Assembly (NCBI GenBank): GCA_965248195.1
Contig: CBDFIQ010000002.1
Coordinates: 1,216,001-1,280,000 of the forward strand
DNA from: Longimicrobiales bacterium
GTDB taxonomy: Bacteria > Gemmatimonadota > Gemmatimonadetes > Longimicrobiales > Gaopeijiaceae
Direction: 5' to 3'
Length of the DNA stretch: 64,000 nucleotides
Made by a program: the position numbers and the translations under genes. Within the stretch, counting starts at the first letter, position 1. Every line of letters starts with the position of its first letter. Below, one piece after another: positions 9,799 to 19,817 of this stretch. The notes beneath the pieces are model-generated. The model saw only the letters and a program-made list of their open reading frames with translations. It had not been told where the DNA came from and ran no database searches.

Positions 9799-11654
9799 AC
9801 CAGATCGATATCGAACGGACCGCACTACGCTCTCGGATGCTGGGCGGCATTCGCTCTGGTGACGAGGGGGCCGAGCTCGAGTTGGCGGGCTGGGTTCACC
9901 GCCGCAGAGATCTAGGCGGGTTGATCTTCCTCGATCTTCGCGACCGAAGCGGGCTGGTTCAGGTGTCCCTTGGGCCGGATTGGACCGATGCCGCCTCGCT
10001 CGACCTCGCCCATCAACTCGGGGCCGAGGACGTCGTGGCCGTGGTTGGATCCGTCGTGGTCCGACCCACCGAGAACCGGAACACGGGGATTCCCACGGGG
10101 GAGATCGAGGTCCGGGCGAGGGTGCTGCGTCGCTTGACCGATGCCGACACCCCTGCCATCCCGGTGTACCGTGGACCGGAGGACGAATTGCCGTCGGAGG
10201 AACTCCGGCTTAAGCATCGTGTGCTGGATCTTCGCCGCACCGAGCTGCAGGAGAATCTTCAGCTTCGGCACCGGCTGGTTCTCGCGTGCAGAAACTGCCT
10301 GGACGGGCTCGGCTTCATCGAGATCGAGACCCCGATTCTGACCAAGCCCACTCCCGAGGGTGCCCGCGACTTTCTGGTGCCGAGCCGCCTTCATCACGGA
10401 GAGTTCTACGCACTGCCGCAAAGTCCACAGATCTATAAGCAGATCTGTATGGCGGCGGGCTTCGATCGCTATTTTCAGATCGCACGGTGCTTCCGGGACG
10501 AGGATTTGAGGGCGGACCGGCAGCCCGAGTTCACTCAGATCGATGTCGAGGCGTCCTTCGTCGAACCAGACGACATCCTCGGGTGGATGGAGAGGCTCAT
10601 GGTCGTGCTGGCGGCGGAAGCACCCCGAATTCAGGCGGAGGTGCCCTTTTCCCGGCTGACACACGCCGAGGCGCTGGAGAGATACGGTACCGACCGGCCC
10701 GATCTCCGCTACAGGCTGGAGATCCAGGACTGGACCCACGCTCTGGCTAGGCTCGACGCCCCCGTGTTCTCAACCGCCCTCCGCGATGGGGAGCGCGTGC
10801 GAGGACTCCTGCTCGAGGGTGGAGCGAAGCTTTCCCGCAGACAAATCGAGGCGATCGAAAGCGGCGCGAAGGCGGCGGGTGCGCCTGGGCTCCTGTGGGC
10901 GAAGCGCACAGATGATGGAGGGTCGGGCTCGCTCGCGCGCTTCATGGACGAGGATGCGTATCGCGAGTTGGGAACGAAGCCCGGCGACCTGGTGCTCGTA
11001 GCGGCCGGGAGCGACGGGATGACCTCGCCGGCGCTTTCTGCAGCGAGGTTGGCTGCGATCGAGGCGCTCGAAATCCCAGAGGATCGAGAACACGCTTGGC
11101 TCTGGGTAGTGGATTTTCCGGTCTTCGAGGAGGGACCCGACGGTGCGCTGGCAGCCAACCACCATCCTTTCGTCATGCCCCATCCGGAGCACCAAGACCG
11201 GCTCGAGACGGAGCCATTGAGCGTGCGTGGGCTGGCCTACGACCTGGTGTTCAATGGTGTCGAGCTCGGCTCGGGCAGCATCCGTAATCACGACCCGAAG
11301 ATCCAGCGTCGGATCCTAAGGCTACTCGGCTTGAATGACGCCGAGATCGACCGGAAGTTCGGTTTTCTTTTGAGCGCCCTGGCCTCGGGGGCGCCGCCCC
11401 ATGGGGGGGTGGCTTTCGGTGTGGATCGCCTGGTGGCGCTCTTCGTAGGGGCCGATAGCCTGAGAGAGGTTATCGCGTTTCCCAAGACGACCGCTGCCCG
11501 CGCCCTCTTCGAGGGTGCGCCGACGCCACTGGACGCCGACGGTCTCGCCGAGCTGGGCCTGTCCCTAGGCCAGGCTGGGGACCAGGCTGCCCCCATGGAA
11601 AAGGGGGGGTCCGAGGGAAAAGAGGTCGCCCACTCGAGCGGGGCGGAAACATGA
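9795..11654 (+). CDS. aspS: Aspartate--tRNA ligase
   Basis: GWVHRRRDLGGLIFLDLRDR, TPEGARDFLVPSR, FRDEDLRADRQPEFTQ, GAPPHGG. Confidence 0.97.
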   Translation: MNQIDIERTALRSRMLGGIRSGDEGAELELAGWVHRRRDLGGLIFLDLRDRSGLVQVSLGPDWTDAASLDLAHQLGAEDVVAVVGSVVVRPTENRNTGIPTGEIEVRARVLRRLTDADTPAIPVYRGPEDELPSEELRLKHRVLDLRRTELQENLQLRHRLVLACRNCLDGLGFIEIETPILTKPTPEGARDFLVPSRLHHGEFYALPQSPQIYKQICMAAGFDRYFQIARCFRDEDLRADRQPEFTQIDVEASFVEPDDILGWMERLMVVLAAEAPRIQAEVPFSRLTHAEALERYGTDRPDLRYRLEIQDWTHALARLDAPVFSTALRDGERVRGLLLEGGAKLSRRQIEAIESGAKAAGAPGLLWAKRTDDGGSGSLARFMDEDAYRELGTKPGDLVLVAAGSDGMTSPALSAARLAAIEALEIPEDREHAWLWVVDFPVFEEGPDGALAANHHPFVMPHPEHQDRLETEPLSVRGLAYDLVFNGVELGSGSIRNHDPKIQRRILRLLGLNDAEIDRKFGFLLSALASGAPPHGGVAFGVDRLVALFVGADSLREVIAFPKTTAARALFEGAPTPLDADGLAELGLSLGQAGDQAAPMEKGGSEGKEVAHSSGAET

Positions 11655-12649
11655 CCTCAGAGGGCTTGACGTCGGGTCAGAGCACGGTGGTAGAACACCG
11701 CCTAGACGCTGAGGGAGTTGATCCGTTGCTGCTGACTGGCGCGAATGACGTCAACCTTCGGGAAGTCACGAGTCTGTATGACATTCGGCTCGTGCTTCGG
11801 GGGGACCATGTCATCTTGTCGGGGGAGTTGGCGGTGGTGGAGGGGGCCGCTCCCTTGGTCCAGCATCTGATCGAGCTGTCCCGTTTGCGGATGCCGTTCG
11901 ACCGGAACGACATCGCCCGTTTTGCGGAGGGTTTGGCGGCCCACGGGCCGGATGGCGTCGTGTCGCCCGAAACGGAGCTCCAGGTCGCGTTGCCGGGGTC
12001 CCGAAAAGTGATCCGGCCCAAGTCGGAGGGACAGCGCCAGTACGTCAAGGCGATCAGGGACAACGACGTCGTCATCGGCATCGGGCCCGCCGGGACCGGA
12101 AAGACGTATCTGGCGGTCGCTCTTGCGGTCGACGCGCTCTACAAGAAGCGTGTGCGGCGCATCGTCCTTGCGCGGCCGGCCGTTGAAGCGGGCGAGAGCC
12201 TTGGGTTCCTCCCGGGAGACATGCAGGAGAAAGTCGACCCCTACCTGAGGCCTCTGTATGATGCCCTGGAGGACATGATGCCTTCCGACCGAGTACGTAA
12301 GGCGCTCGACGACCTGACCATCGAGATCGCGCCGCTGGCCTATATGCGTGGCCGGACGCTCTCCGATGCCTTCGTGATCCTGGATGAGGCCCAGAACTCC
12401 ACAACGCGGCAGATGAAAATGTTTCTGACGCGGCTGGGATTGAACTCACAGGTAGTGATCACGGGAGACAAGACACAGATCGACCTTCCGCGCAAGGAAT
12501 ATTCAGGCCTGCTTCAGGTGGAGGCCATCCTACGTGGCGTCGAGGGCATCGAGTTTATTTATCTGGACGACACGGACGTAATCCGGCATCGTCTGGTGAA
12601 GGACATCATTCGGGCGTATGCCCGTAGCGAATCGGAGGTGGACCAGTGA
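11651..12649 (+). CDS. phoH: PhoH family ATPase
   Basis: GPAGTGKT, RPAVEAGESLGFLPG, LAYMRGRTL, ILDEAQN. Confidence 0.95.
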   Translation: MTSEGLTSGQSTVVEHRLDAEGVDPLLLTGANDVNLREVTSLYDIRLVLRGDHVILSGELAVVEGAAPLVQHLIELSRLRMPFDRNDIARFAEGLAAHGPDGVVSPETELQVALPGSRKVIRPKSEGQRQYVKAIRDNDVVIGIGPAGTGKTYLAVALAVDALYKKRVRRIVLARPAVEAGESLGFLPGDMQEKVDPYLRPLYDALEDMMPSDRVRKALDDLTIEIAPLAYMRGRTLSDAFVILDEAQNSTTRQMKMFLTRLGLNSQVVITGDKTQIDLPRKEYSGLLQVEAILRGVEGIEFIYLDDTDVIRHRLVKDIIRAYARSESEVDQ

Positions 12650-15042
12650 CCCGGGACGGCCTCTCTACATACGGTGTTGCCCGCGAAGGGCACGGGGACC
12701 AGGTGCGCCCGCCCTGGCCGGACGGAGTCGTTTACCATGGATCCCGGCTGCTGCTCGTGGTGGCGTTAGCCGTCACGATCACCGCGCTCTTCCCCCCTAT
12801 CGGGGGGGCCACACTCGGCCGATTCGAAGTGGGGATGGTCCTCACCGAGGCAGTCATCGCCGAAGTGCCGTTCACCATACCGAAGTCGACGGAGGAGCTA
12901 CAGCGGGAGAGGGCGGACGCCGCAGCCGGCGTGCCGCCCACGTTCAACTACAGGCCCGAGGCCGGAGACACCATGGTTGTCCGGCTCGGTAGGTTCTTCG
13001 CCAGACTCGACTCGGTCGCTTCGGAGGGCGATTCGGAGACCCTCCGCGCGGATCTGCTCGAAGCGTCAGTCGTGGCCACTCCCCAGCAAGCCGTCCTCCT
13101 TATCGACGACACGACCCGCGGGCTCCTGAGTACCACCTCCGTTTCGGGGGTGAGGCGATACGCAGAGATGGGTATAGTCGACGCCACGGAAGCGCGTGAG
13201 CTCACTGTCGAGAGCGTCCTGATTCAGGACCCGGGGGCGGAGGACCGCCGCTCGATGCCGAGTGGAGACGTTCTGACCGGAGGAGACCTGCAGGCGCGGA
13301 TCGTCAGCGACCTGGGGACGGCGAGCCCCGAACTCAGCGAGTTGCTTCGCCTGATCGTCATCAGCCACACCGTCTATTCTCTCGAGTTCGACCCCGATGT
13401 CACCAATGCCGATCGGGAGGCCGCCCGGCAGGCAGTTCCAGAATCGATCGGCAACGTGGTCCAGCAGGAAGCGATCGTTCGGGCGAACGAGCCCATTGCG
13501 GAGGCGGATCTGGACCGCTTGAACGCGTACGAGGCGGAGCTGCGCCGGCTCCAGTTGCTCGAGGAACCGGGCCTCCAATTCGGGCTTCTCCTGGGAGCGT
13601 TCCTGCTGAATTTGTCACTTCTGGCGGTGTTCGGGGCGCTCGTCTTTTTCATGCGGCCGGTCATCTACGGATCTCTGAGGTGGCTGGTCCTACAGGCGGC
13701 TCTGGTGGTCATCTATTTCGTCGTGGCTCGGGTCATCGCATCCAACGATTGGGGGCCGGAGGCATTGCCGGTGGCGTTTGTCGTTTTGGCGCTGGCGGTT
13801 CTTTGGGATTCCAGAATCGCATTGGTGTTGGGGCTTGTCCTGGCCGTCCTCACGGTGGCTCAGCCCCCGTTCGCGGAGCTGGACGTCCTGTTTCCGGTGA
13901 TGATCGGTGGGGCCGCAGCGGCAATGTGCGTCCGGGTTGTCCGTCGCAGGGCACAGACGTTGGTGTTCGTTGCGATCATCACGGGAGCCTATGCGGTGAC
14001 ACTCTTGGCGATGAGCCTGCTGGGAGAGCGCTCCGCGGTGGAATTCGCGGGGTCGATGATGTGGGCCGGCTTGCCCGCGGCGGCGAGCGCGATCCTCGCG
14101 ATGGGCCTGGTGCCCGTGTTCGAATGGACCACGGGGATCACGACGGACCAGACGCTACTCGAATGGGCGGATCCGAACGCGGCGCTCCTGCGTCGCCTTT
14201 CGCTGGAAGCTCCGGGTACGTACGCACACACCATCAACGTGGCCAACCTGGCGGAGATGGCCGCCAATGCGATCGGCGCTCATGGGCTTCTCTGCCGGGT
14301 CGGCCTGTACTACCACGACGTAGGAAAGGTGCTCAAGCCCCATTATTTTGTGGAAAACCAGCCCGAGGGCAGAAATCCCCACGACAAGCTCAAGCCTGAT
14401 ACCTCGTCGGCAATCCTGATCGAGCATGTGGTCGAGGGGCTTCGGCTCGGGAAGGAGGCGGGGCTCCCCGAGGTCATTCAGCGGTTCATTTCCGAGCATC
14501 ATGGCACTCAACTCATCGCCTTCTTCTTTAGCCGGGCGGAAGAGGAACTCGGTGCGGGCAATGTCGACGAAGCGGAATACCGTTATCCCGGACCGAAGCC
14601 GCAGTCGAAGGAGACCGCCGTTGCAATGATGGCGGATTCGATCGAGTCGGCCACACGGGTGCTTCAGGAACCGACGCCCGAGCGAGTCCGTGATCTCGTG
14701 GACGGCATCATCGAGAGTAAACGGCAGGACGGCCAACTCGACGAAGCGCCGTTGACGATGCGTGACATCACTGTCCTCAAGGACACCTTCGTGACGGTCT
14801 TGAGTGGCATCTATCACCACCGCATCGACTATCCCACGACCAAACATTTGACGGACGCACCGGACAATGGCTCGGGGGAGAGGTCGAACGGTGCCCGAGA
14901 GGAAGAATCCGGTTCGGAGCGGGAGCAGCTTTCCGGTGCGGATGACGCGCCCCAGGACCTCGAGGGGTCCGACGGTGAGGGAACCGGAGCCGCCGCGGTC
15001 AGCGAACAGATTGAATTTGGCGACGTGGATCGCGGGTCCTAG
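12646..15042 (+). CDS. 7TM-HDIG membrane phosphohydrolase (PgpH-like)
   Basis: Large extracytoplasmic domain, about 7 TM helices, APGTYAHTINVANL, YHDVGK, EHHGT, YPGPKPQSKE, MMADSIES. Confidence 0.88.
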   Translation: MTRDGLSTYGVAREGHGDQVRPPWPDGVVYHGSRLLLVVALAVTITALFPPIGGATLGRFEVGMVLTEAVIAEVPFTIPKSTEELQRERADAAAGVPPTFNYRPEAGDTMVVRLGRFFARLDSVASEGDSETLRADLLEASVVATPQQAVLLIDDTTRGLLSTTSVSGVRRYAEMGIVDATEARELTVESVLIQDPGAEDRRSMPSGDVLTGGDLQARIVSDLGTASPELSELLRLIVISHTVYSLEFDPDVTNADREAARQAVPESIGNVVQQEAIVRANEPIAEADLDRLNAYEAELRRLQLLEEPGLQFGLLLGAFLLNLSLLAVFGALVFFMRPVIYGSLRWLVLQAALVVIYFVVARVIASNDWGPEALPVAFVVLALAVLWDSRIALVLGLVLAVLTVAQPPFAELDVLFPVMIGGAAAAMCVRVVRRRAQTLVFVAIITGAYAVTLLAMSLLGERSAVEFAGSMMWAGLPAAASAILAMGLVPVFEWTTGITTDQTLLEWADPNAALLRRLSLEAPGTYAHTINVANLAEMAANAIGAHGLLCRVGLYYHDVGKVLKPHYFVENQPEGRNPHDKLKPDTSSAILIEHVVEGLRLGKEAGLPEVIQRFISEHHGTQLIAFFFSRAEEELGAGNVDEAEYRYPGPKPQSKETAVAMMADSIESATRVLQEPTPERVRDLVDGIIESKRQDGQLDEAPLTMRDITVLKDTFVTVLSGIYHHRIDYPTTKHLTDAPDNGSGERSNGAREEESGSEREQLSGADDAPQDLEGSDGEGTGAAAVSEQIEFGDVDRGS

Positions 15043-15049
15043 GAGGGTG

Positions 15050-15508
15050 ATGGGAAAGGGGGGCCGGGCGAGTTCGTTGGAAATCCAGGTCTCCGGAGAT
15101 TCCCCTGCCGGCGTGTCGAAAGATTGGTTGCGGTCGGCGGTGGCTCTGGTGCTCCGGAGTGCGGGGCTCAGCGAGGGGGAGATTTCCCTGACGCTCTTGG
15201 ATGATGACTCCATCCGGGAGTTGAATCGTACCTACCTGGGCAAGGACACCCCCACCGACGTCCTCTCCTTCGCCCTCCATGAGGGCGATGAGGCGGTGTT
15301 GGGAGATGTCTACGTGGGATACGAGCAGGCGGCGAATCAGGCGGTAGACGCCGGGATCACCGCGGAAGAAGAGTTGGCCCGTTTGTCCATCCACGGCACC
15401 CTGCACGTCCTGGGGTACGACCATCCGGACACTGAGGCCCGCTCCTCCAGCGAGATGTTCATTCTGCAAGAGCAGTTGGTCCAGAAGCTACTGGACGAAG
15501 CGATGTGA
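15050..15508 (+). CDS. ybeY: rRNA maturation endoribonuclease YbeY
   Basis: LNRTYLGKDTPTDVLSF, IHGTLHVLGYDH; RBS aggagg upstream. Confidence 0.95.
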   Translation: MGKGGRASSLEIQVSGDSPAGVSKDWLRSAVALVLRSAGLSEGEISLTLLDDDSIRELNRTYLGKDTPTDVLSFALHEGDEAVLGDVYVGYEQAANQAVDAGITAEEELARLSIHGTLHVLGYDHPDTEARSSSEMFILQEQLVQKLLDEAM

Positions 15509-15527
15509 AGACCCCACTCTCCGGGGC

Positions 15528-16895
15528 ATGACCACCAGCCATAGCAACGAATCTCCAGATCTTCGGGAGCGGATCGCAGCGCTGATCGGCGAAGGCGACG
15601 TATCTGCGCTCGAGGCCATGCTGGAGGAGCTCCACCCTTCCGATATTGCAGACGTTATGGAGTCGCTCGCCGAAGAACTTCGCTTGGCGTTGGTTCGTGC
15701 ACTCCCGGCCGACCTGGCTTCAGAGACCCTCGCCGAGATGGAAGAAGGCGAGGTCCGGGCCGAGCTCTTGACCGCCTTGGCTCCCGCCGAGGGAGCGGAA
15801 CTCCTGCACGAGTTGTCGGACGACGACGCCGCGGATCTGGTCGGTGAGCTCGAGCCGGAGGCGCAGGATCGGCTTCTGGCGGAGTTGCCCACGGAGGAAG
15901 CGGGTGATATCCGCGACCTCCTCCGGTACGACGAGGATACGGCCGGAGGGATCATGACGACCGCCCTCGTGTCGGTGCTCGGCCACGTCACAGCGGGCGA
16001 GGCGATCGAGGCCGTGCGCGTGCAGGGGAGGGAGGTGGAGGACTTCTACACCGTGTTCGTGGTGGACGAGGACACCAAGCTGCTCGGCACCGTGCCGTTG
16101 GACGACCTGATCCTGTCTGATACGGGGCATCGCATCGGTGACCTGGTCGAGCCCATTGTGGCGTCGGTGGTCCCGGAGGCCGACCAGGAGGAGGTTGGCC
16201 ACATGATCGCCCGCTACAACCTGGCGTCGATCCCGGTCGTTTCAGACGACGGGGTCCTGCTGGGCCGCGTCACCTTCGATGATGTCATCGACGTCATCGA
16301 GGCCGAAACCACGGAAGACCTTCTGCTGTTCTCCGGTGTCTCGGAGGCGGAGGAGCTACGCGGCACCTCGGTCGAGGCGGTCCGCGCCCGGCTCCCGTGG
16401 CTTCTTCTCAACACGATGACGGCGAGCCTCGCAGCCAGCGTGGTCTGGTGGTTCCGGAGTGAGATCGCGGCGGCGACGCTTCTTGCGGTGGTCATGCCCG
16501 TGGTGGCTGGCCTCGGAGGAAATGCCGGCCAGCAGGCACTTGCCGTGACCGTTCGACGGCTCGCGACGTCGGCGGGGCCGCTCGAGGCTCGCGGCCACAT
16601 GGTACGCAAGGAAATCCTGGTGGGGTTGTTGAACGGAGTAGCCATCGGCCTCCTCGTTGCGGTGGCCGCCGGGATGCTCGCTCTAGCGATGGGGGTGGAC
16701 GCACGACTCGGTGTGGTCGTACTGCTGGCCATGTGGGGGAACATCGCGATGGCCGGGTTCGCCGGCTCCTTCATCCCAACGCTTCTCGATCGAATGGGGC
16801 AGGATCCCGCCGTCGCCTCTACCGTGTTCTTGACGGCCCTCACCGACCTGACGGGCTTTCTCCTGCTCCTTGGGCTGGCCACGGTCATTCTGTGA
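15528..16895 (+). CDS. mgtE: Magnesium transporter MgtE
   Basis: LHPSDIAD, YDEDTAGGIMT (CBS pair), ARLPWL, GGNAGQQ, DPAVAS, TDLTGF. Confidence 0.95.
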   Translation: MTTSHSNESPDLRERIAALIGEGDVSALEAMLEELHPSDIADVMESLAEELRLALVRALPADLASETLAEMEEGEVRAELLTALAPAEGAELLHELSDDDAADLVGELEPEAQDRLLAELPTEEAGDIRDLLRYDEDTAGGIMTTALVSVLGHVTAGEAIEAVRVQGREVEDFYTVFVVDEDTKLLGTVPLDDLILSDTGHRIGDLVEPIVASVVPEADQEEVGHMIARYNLASIPVVSDDGVLLGRVTFDDVIDVIEAETTEDLLLFSGVSEAEELRGTSVEAVRARLPWLLLNTMTASLAASVVWWFRSEIAAATLLAVVMPVVAGLGGNAGQQALAVTVRRLATSAGPLEARGHMVRKEILVGLLNGVAIGLLVAVAAGMLALAMGVDARLGVVVLLAMWGNIAMAGFAGSFIPTLLDRMGQDPAVASTVFLTALTDLTGFLLLLGLATVIL

Positions 16896-16906
16896 GGGGA
16901 GGATCC

Positions 16907-18568
16907 GTGAGGAGCCTCTTCAGAGGGATTCGGATTTTCGTGGGCCTCGCACCCCCGGTCGTGGGTTTTCTGAGGGATCGGAGGCGATGGATCATCGTGG
17001 GCGCCCCCGCGCGCCGCACCGAGCGGCATCATCGGCGGCGGGCAGGAAAGTTGGTGGCTCGGGTGGCCAAGCTGGGGCCTACCTTCATCAAGCTCGGCCA
17101 ACTCATGTCCGCACGGGCGGATATCTTTCCCGAGCCGTACCTGACGGCGATCGGCACGCTTCAGGATCAGGCTCCTCCTGATCCTACGGATCAGATCATC
17201 GCTGTCATCGAGCGTGAGCTGGGTCGGCCGGTGGATGAGGTCTTCGACGAGTTCGACCGGGAGCCCGCCGCCGCCGCGAGCCTCGGGCAGGTGCATGAGG
17301 CAGTCGTCGATGGTAGGCAGGTCGTGGTCAAGGTACTCCGCCCGGGCGTCGAGGAAGTCGTGGCGCTCGATCTGGACATCGGCTTCACCCTTTTGTTCTG
17401 GCTCAATGTCCTCTTCCCCAACCATCACATTCAGGCGCTCACGAACGTCGTGCGTGAATTCTCTCACCGCGTAAGGGAGGAGATGGACTTCCGTAGAGAG
17501 TCGGAAAACATCGAGCGGTTCCAACGATATTTCAGAGACGATCCGACCGTTCGAGCCCCCGAGGTCTTTGACGAATACACGCGCCGCAGGGTCCTGGTCA
17601 TGGAGCGCTGCACTGGAACCAAGATCGATCGGTTGCACGACCAGTTCGCGAAGGGCCGCATCGAGTTCAACGAGGTCATGGAGCACCTCACGGGGCTCTA
17701 CCTTCGCATGATGATGGTCGATGGGTTTTTGCACGCCGACCCCCATCCCGGCAACCTCCTCGTTCAGGATGACGGAACCATCGTGGTGCTCGACTGGGGA
17801 ATGGTGCTCGAGGTTCCTTCTTGGACGCGCGAGTACATTTTGGACCTCGCGCTGACGGTAGAGCGGGACGATCTGGACGGGATGATCAACGGCATGTACC
17901 GATTGGGCATGATCAGCCCCGAAGTGTCACGGGGTGAGATCCGCGAGGCGGCCACCGAAATTCTCGCGATCATGGCGAGTGTGAGGAGCTCCAACCAGGA
18001 CCGTGTCGAAGAGATTGTCCAGGAGATCTTCGACACGTTTTACACATGGCCCCTCATGCTCCCTCAAGAGCTGGTGTATCTCTTTCGGACTTCGGTGCTT
18101 TTGGAAGGCATCGGAATCCGGTACGACGAGAATTTCGATGGGCTGGGGCTCCTCAAGCGCGTCGTGCGCGACATGAAGGGCGAGATCGTGAAGACCTCCG
18201 TCCGGCAACCCGTTGCGGTTGCGAAGGATCTGCTCGGAGAGGCGCAGTCGGCGATCCGGACCATGATCGAGTTGCTCGGACGGGCGGAGCGGGAAGAGTT
18301 GAGGGTACGTGTGCATCCCCGAGACATCCAAGGCCAGGAGAGGTTTCTCAACCTACAGGCCCGGCGCATCAGTCTGAGTATTTTCGCCACGGCTACCGCG
18401 GTCATCTCGTCCATTATTTTTATTGCGGTACGAAACCTCTGGCTGCTCGGGGGCGGTCTTCTGGTCGCTCTGCTCATGTTCGTGCTGGTGTTCTTCATCC
18501 CGACTCACCTTCTGGAAAATCCGCTACGGCACGCTCGACGGGTTCGACGCGGTGAGCGTGGCCGATAA
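16907..18568 (+). CDS. AarF/UbiB (ABC1) family atypical kinase
   Basis: LGPTFIKLGQ, AAASLGQVH, VKVLRP, FLHADPHPGN, LDWGMV; GTG 16907 follows ggggagg. Confidence 0.92.
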   Translation: MRSLFRGIRIFVGLAPPVVGFLRDRRRWIIVGAPARRTERHHRRRAGKLVARVAKLGPTFIKLGQLMSARADIFPEPYLTAIGTLQDQAPPDPTDQIIAVIERELGRPVDEVFDEFDREPAAAASLGQVHEAVVDGRQVVVKVLRPGVEEVVALDLDIGFTLLFWLNVLFPNHHIQALTNVVREFSHRVREEMDFRRESENIERFQRYFRDDPTVRAPEVFDEYTRRRVLVMERCTGTKIDRLHDQFAKGRIEFNEVMEHLTGLYLRMMMVDGFLHADPHPGNLLVQDDGTIVVLDWGMVLEVPSWTREYILDLALTVERDDLDGMINGMYRLGMISPEVSRGEIREAATEILAIMASVRSSNQDRVEEIVQEIFDTFYTWPLMLPQELVYLFRTSVLLEGIGIRYDENFDGLGLLKRVVRDMKGEIVKTSVRQPVAVAKDLLGEAQSAIRTMIELLGRAEREELRVRVHPRDIQGQERFLNLQARRISLSIFATATAVISSIIFIAVRNLWLLGGGLLVALLMFVLVFFIPTHLLENPLRHARRVRRGERGR

Positions 18569-18573
18569 TCAGA

Positions 18574-19668
18574 ATGGATCCAACTGAGCCGCTCCCCGAA
18601 GAACTCGAATCGCTTCTCGAGCGGTTCCACGCGGGAGAGAGGACGGCCCTCGCCCGTGCGATTTCCGTGATCGAGAATGAGAGGCCCGGTTTCCAGGGAT
18701 TTCTCCATCGTGTACTCGCCGCGGGCCCTCGGGCCCGGCGTGTGGGCGTGACGGGTCCGCCGGGGAGCGGGAAGTCGAGTCTGATCGCGGCGCTGGCGAA
18801 CCTGTGCCGTGCCCGAAAGGAAGAAGTCGGTGTTGTGGCGGTCGACCCGACGTCGCCCTATTCGGGGGGAGCCCTTCTCGGGGACCGGATCCGCATGAAT
18901 GACCTGGCCACCGATCGCGGCATATTCATTCGCTCCATGGCGACCCGTGGATCGTTTGGGGGGCTGGCCGCGACCTCCAAGGAGGTCATCGACCTCATGG
19001 ATGTGTTCGGTCTCACGCGGCTTCTCATCGAGACGGTCGGGGTGGGGCAGACCGAGCTGGAGATCACAGGGGCCGCCGACACGGTGGTGGTGGTGTTGGT
19101 TCCCGAGTCGGGGGATGGGATCCAGGCCATGAAAGCGGGGCTCATGGAGATCGCGGACGTTTTCGTGGTGAACAAAGCGGATCGACCAGGTGCCGACCAT
19201 GTGCTCGACGATCTGCGAACCGCCCTACACCTTCGGGCTGGAAAGGCCTTGGCCGCTGGTCCAGCCCACCACGGTGTCGATCTCCCGCGCGCGACGCAGA
19301 AGGCCGAAGTGGCTGTTTCGAAGCCCGTTCCGGGCGACCGCCCGGGTTGGGCAATTCCGGTGCTAAAAACAGTGGCCCAGACGGGAGAGGGAGTGCCCGA
19401 ACTGCTCGATGCCGTCGACCGGCATCGGGAACATCTCGAGGGATCCGGTGAGTTGGGGATCCGGCGCCGCGAGCGAGGCGCGGTGCGGGTGCGTGAGGTA
19501 ACCGAGCGTACGCTCCGCGGGATCCTCTGGGGGGGCGAAGTGACCAGGGCGTTGCTCGAGGCCGGCCTGGATGAAATCCAGCAGCGTACCGCCACCCCCT
19601 ATTCCGTCTCCGCCTCGATCCTGCAGGTGCTTCTGGCCGAAGAGCAGAAGGCTCCGCCTAGGAGCTAG
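18574..19668 (+). CDS. meaB: Acyl-CoA mutase-associated GTPase MeaB
   Basis: TGPPGSGKS, VDPTSPYSGGALLGDRIRM, ETVGVGQ, NKAD. Confidence 0.93.
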   Translation: MDPTEPLPEELESLLERFHAGERTALARAISVIENERPGFQGFLHRVLAAGPRARRVGVTGPPGSGKSSLIAALANLCRARKEEVGVVAVDPTSPYSGGALLGDRIRMNDLATDRGIFIRSMATRGSFGGLAATSKEVIDLMDVFGLTRLLIETVGVGQTELEITGAADTVVVVLVPESGDGIQAMKAGLMEIADVFVVNKADRPGADHVLDDLRTALHLRAGKALAAGPAHHGVDLPRATQKAEVAVSKPVPGDRPGWAIPVLKTVAQTGEGVPELLDAVDRHREHLEGSGELGIRRRERGAVRVREVTERTLRGILWGGEVTRALLEAGLDEIQQRTATPYSVSASILQVLLAEEQKAPPRS

Positions 19669-19737
19669 GACCGTGGGATCCCGGGTACCCGTGCGATAGC
19701 ACGGGTGGCGGCCCACTGTACTCCTTCAGCAGCCTTC
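19647..19737. repeat. Internally deleted copy of the 5886-6188 element
   Basis: gaaggct + ccgcctaggagctaggaccgtgg ... gcggcccactgtactccttcagcagccttc matches 6123-6188; carries an extra hairpin acccgtgcgatagcacgggt. Confidence 0.75.
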
Positions 19738-19817
19738 CCGAGTGCGCTTCTTCCCGATACCGGGACAATGTCTCCGCTCGTGGGTAGACTTTCTACGCCC
19801 CAATAAGGGAAAAACGC

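Noticed and set aside
16214..17746. 510-aa minus-strand ORF
   Set aside because: Antisense shadow of mgtE/aarF in high-GC DNA; no motifs
19670..19817. Possible cobalamin riboswitch before the mutase
   Set aside because: No B12-box seen; the structure is accounted for by the repeat element
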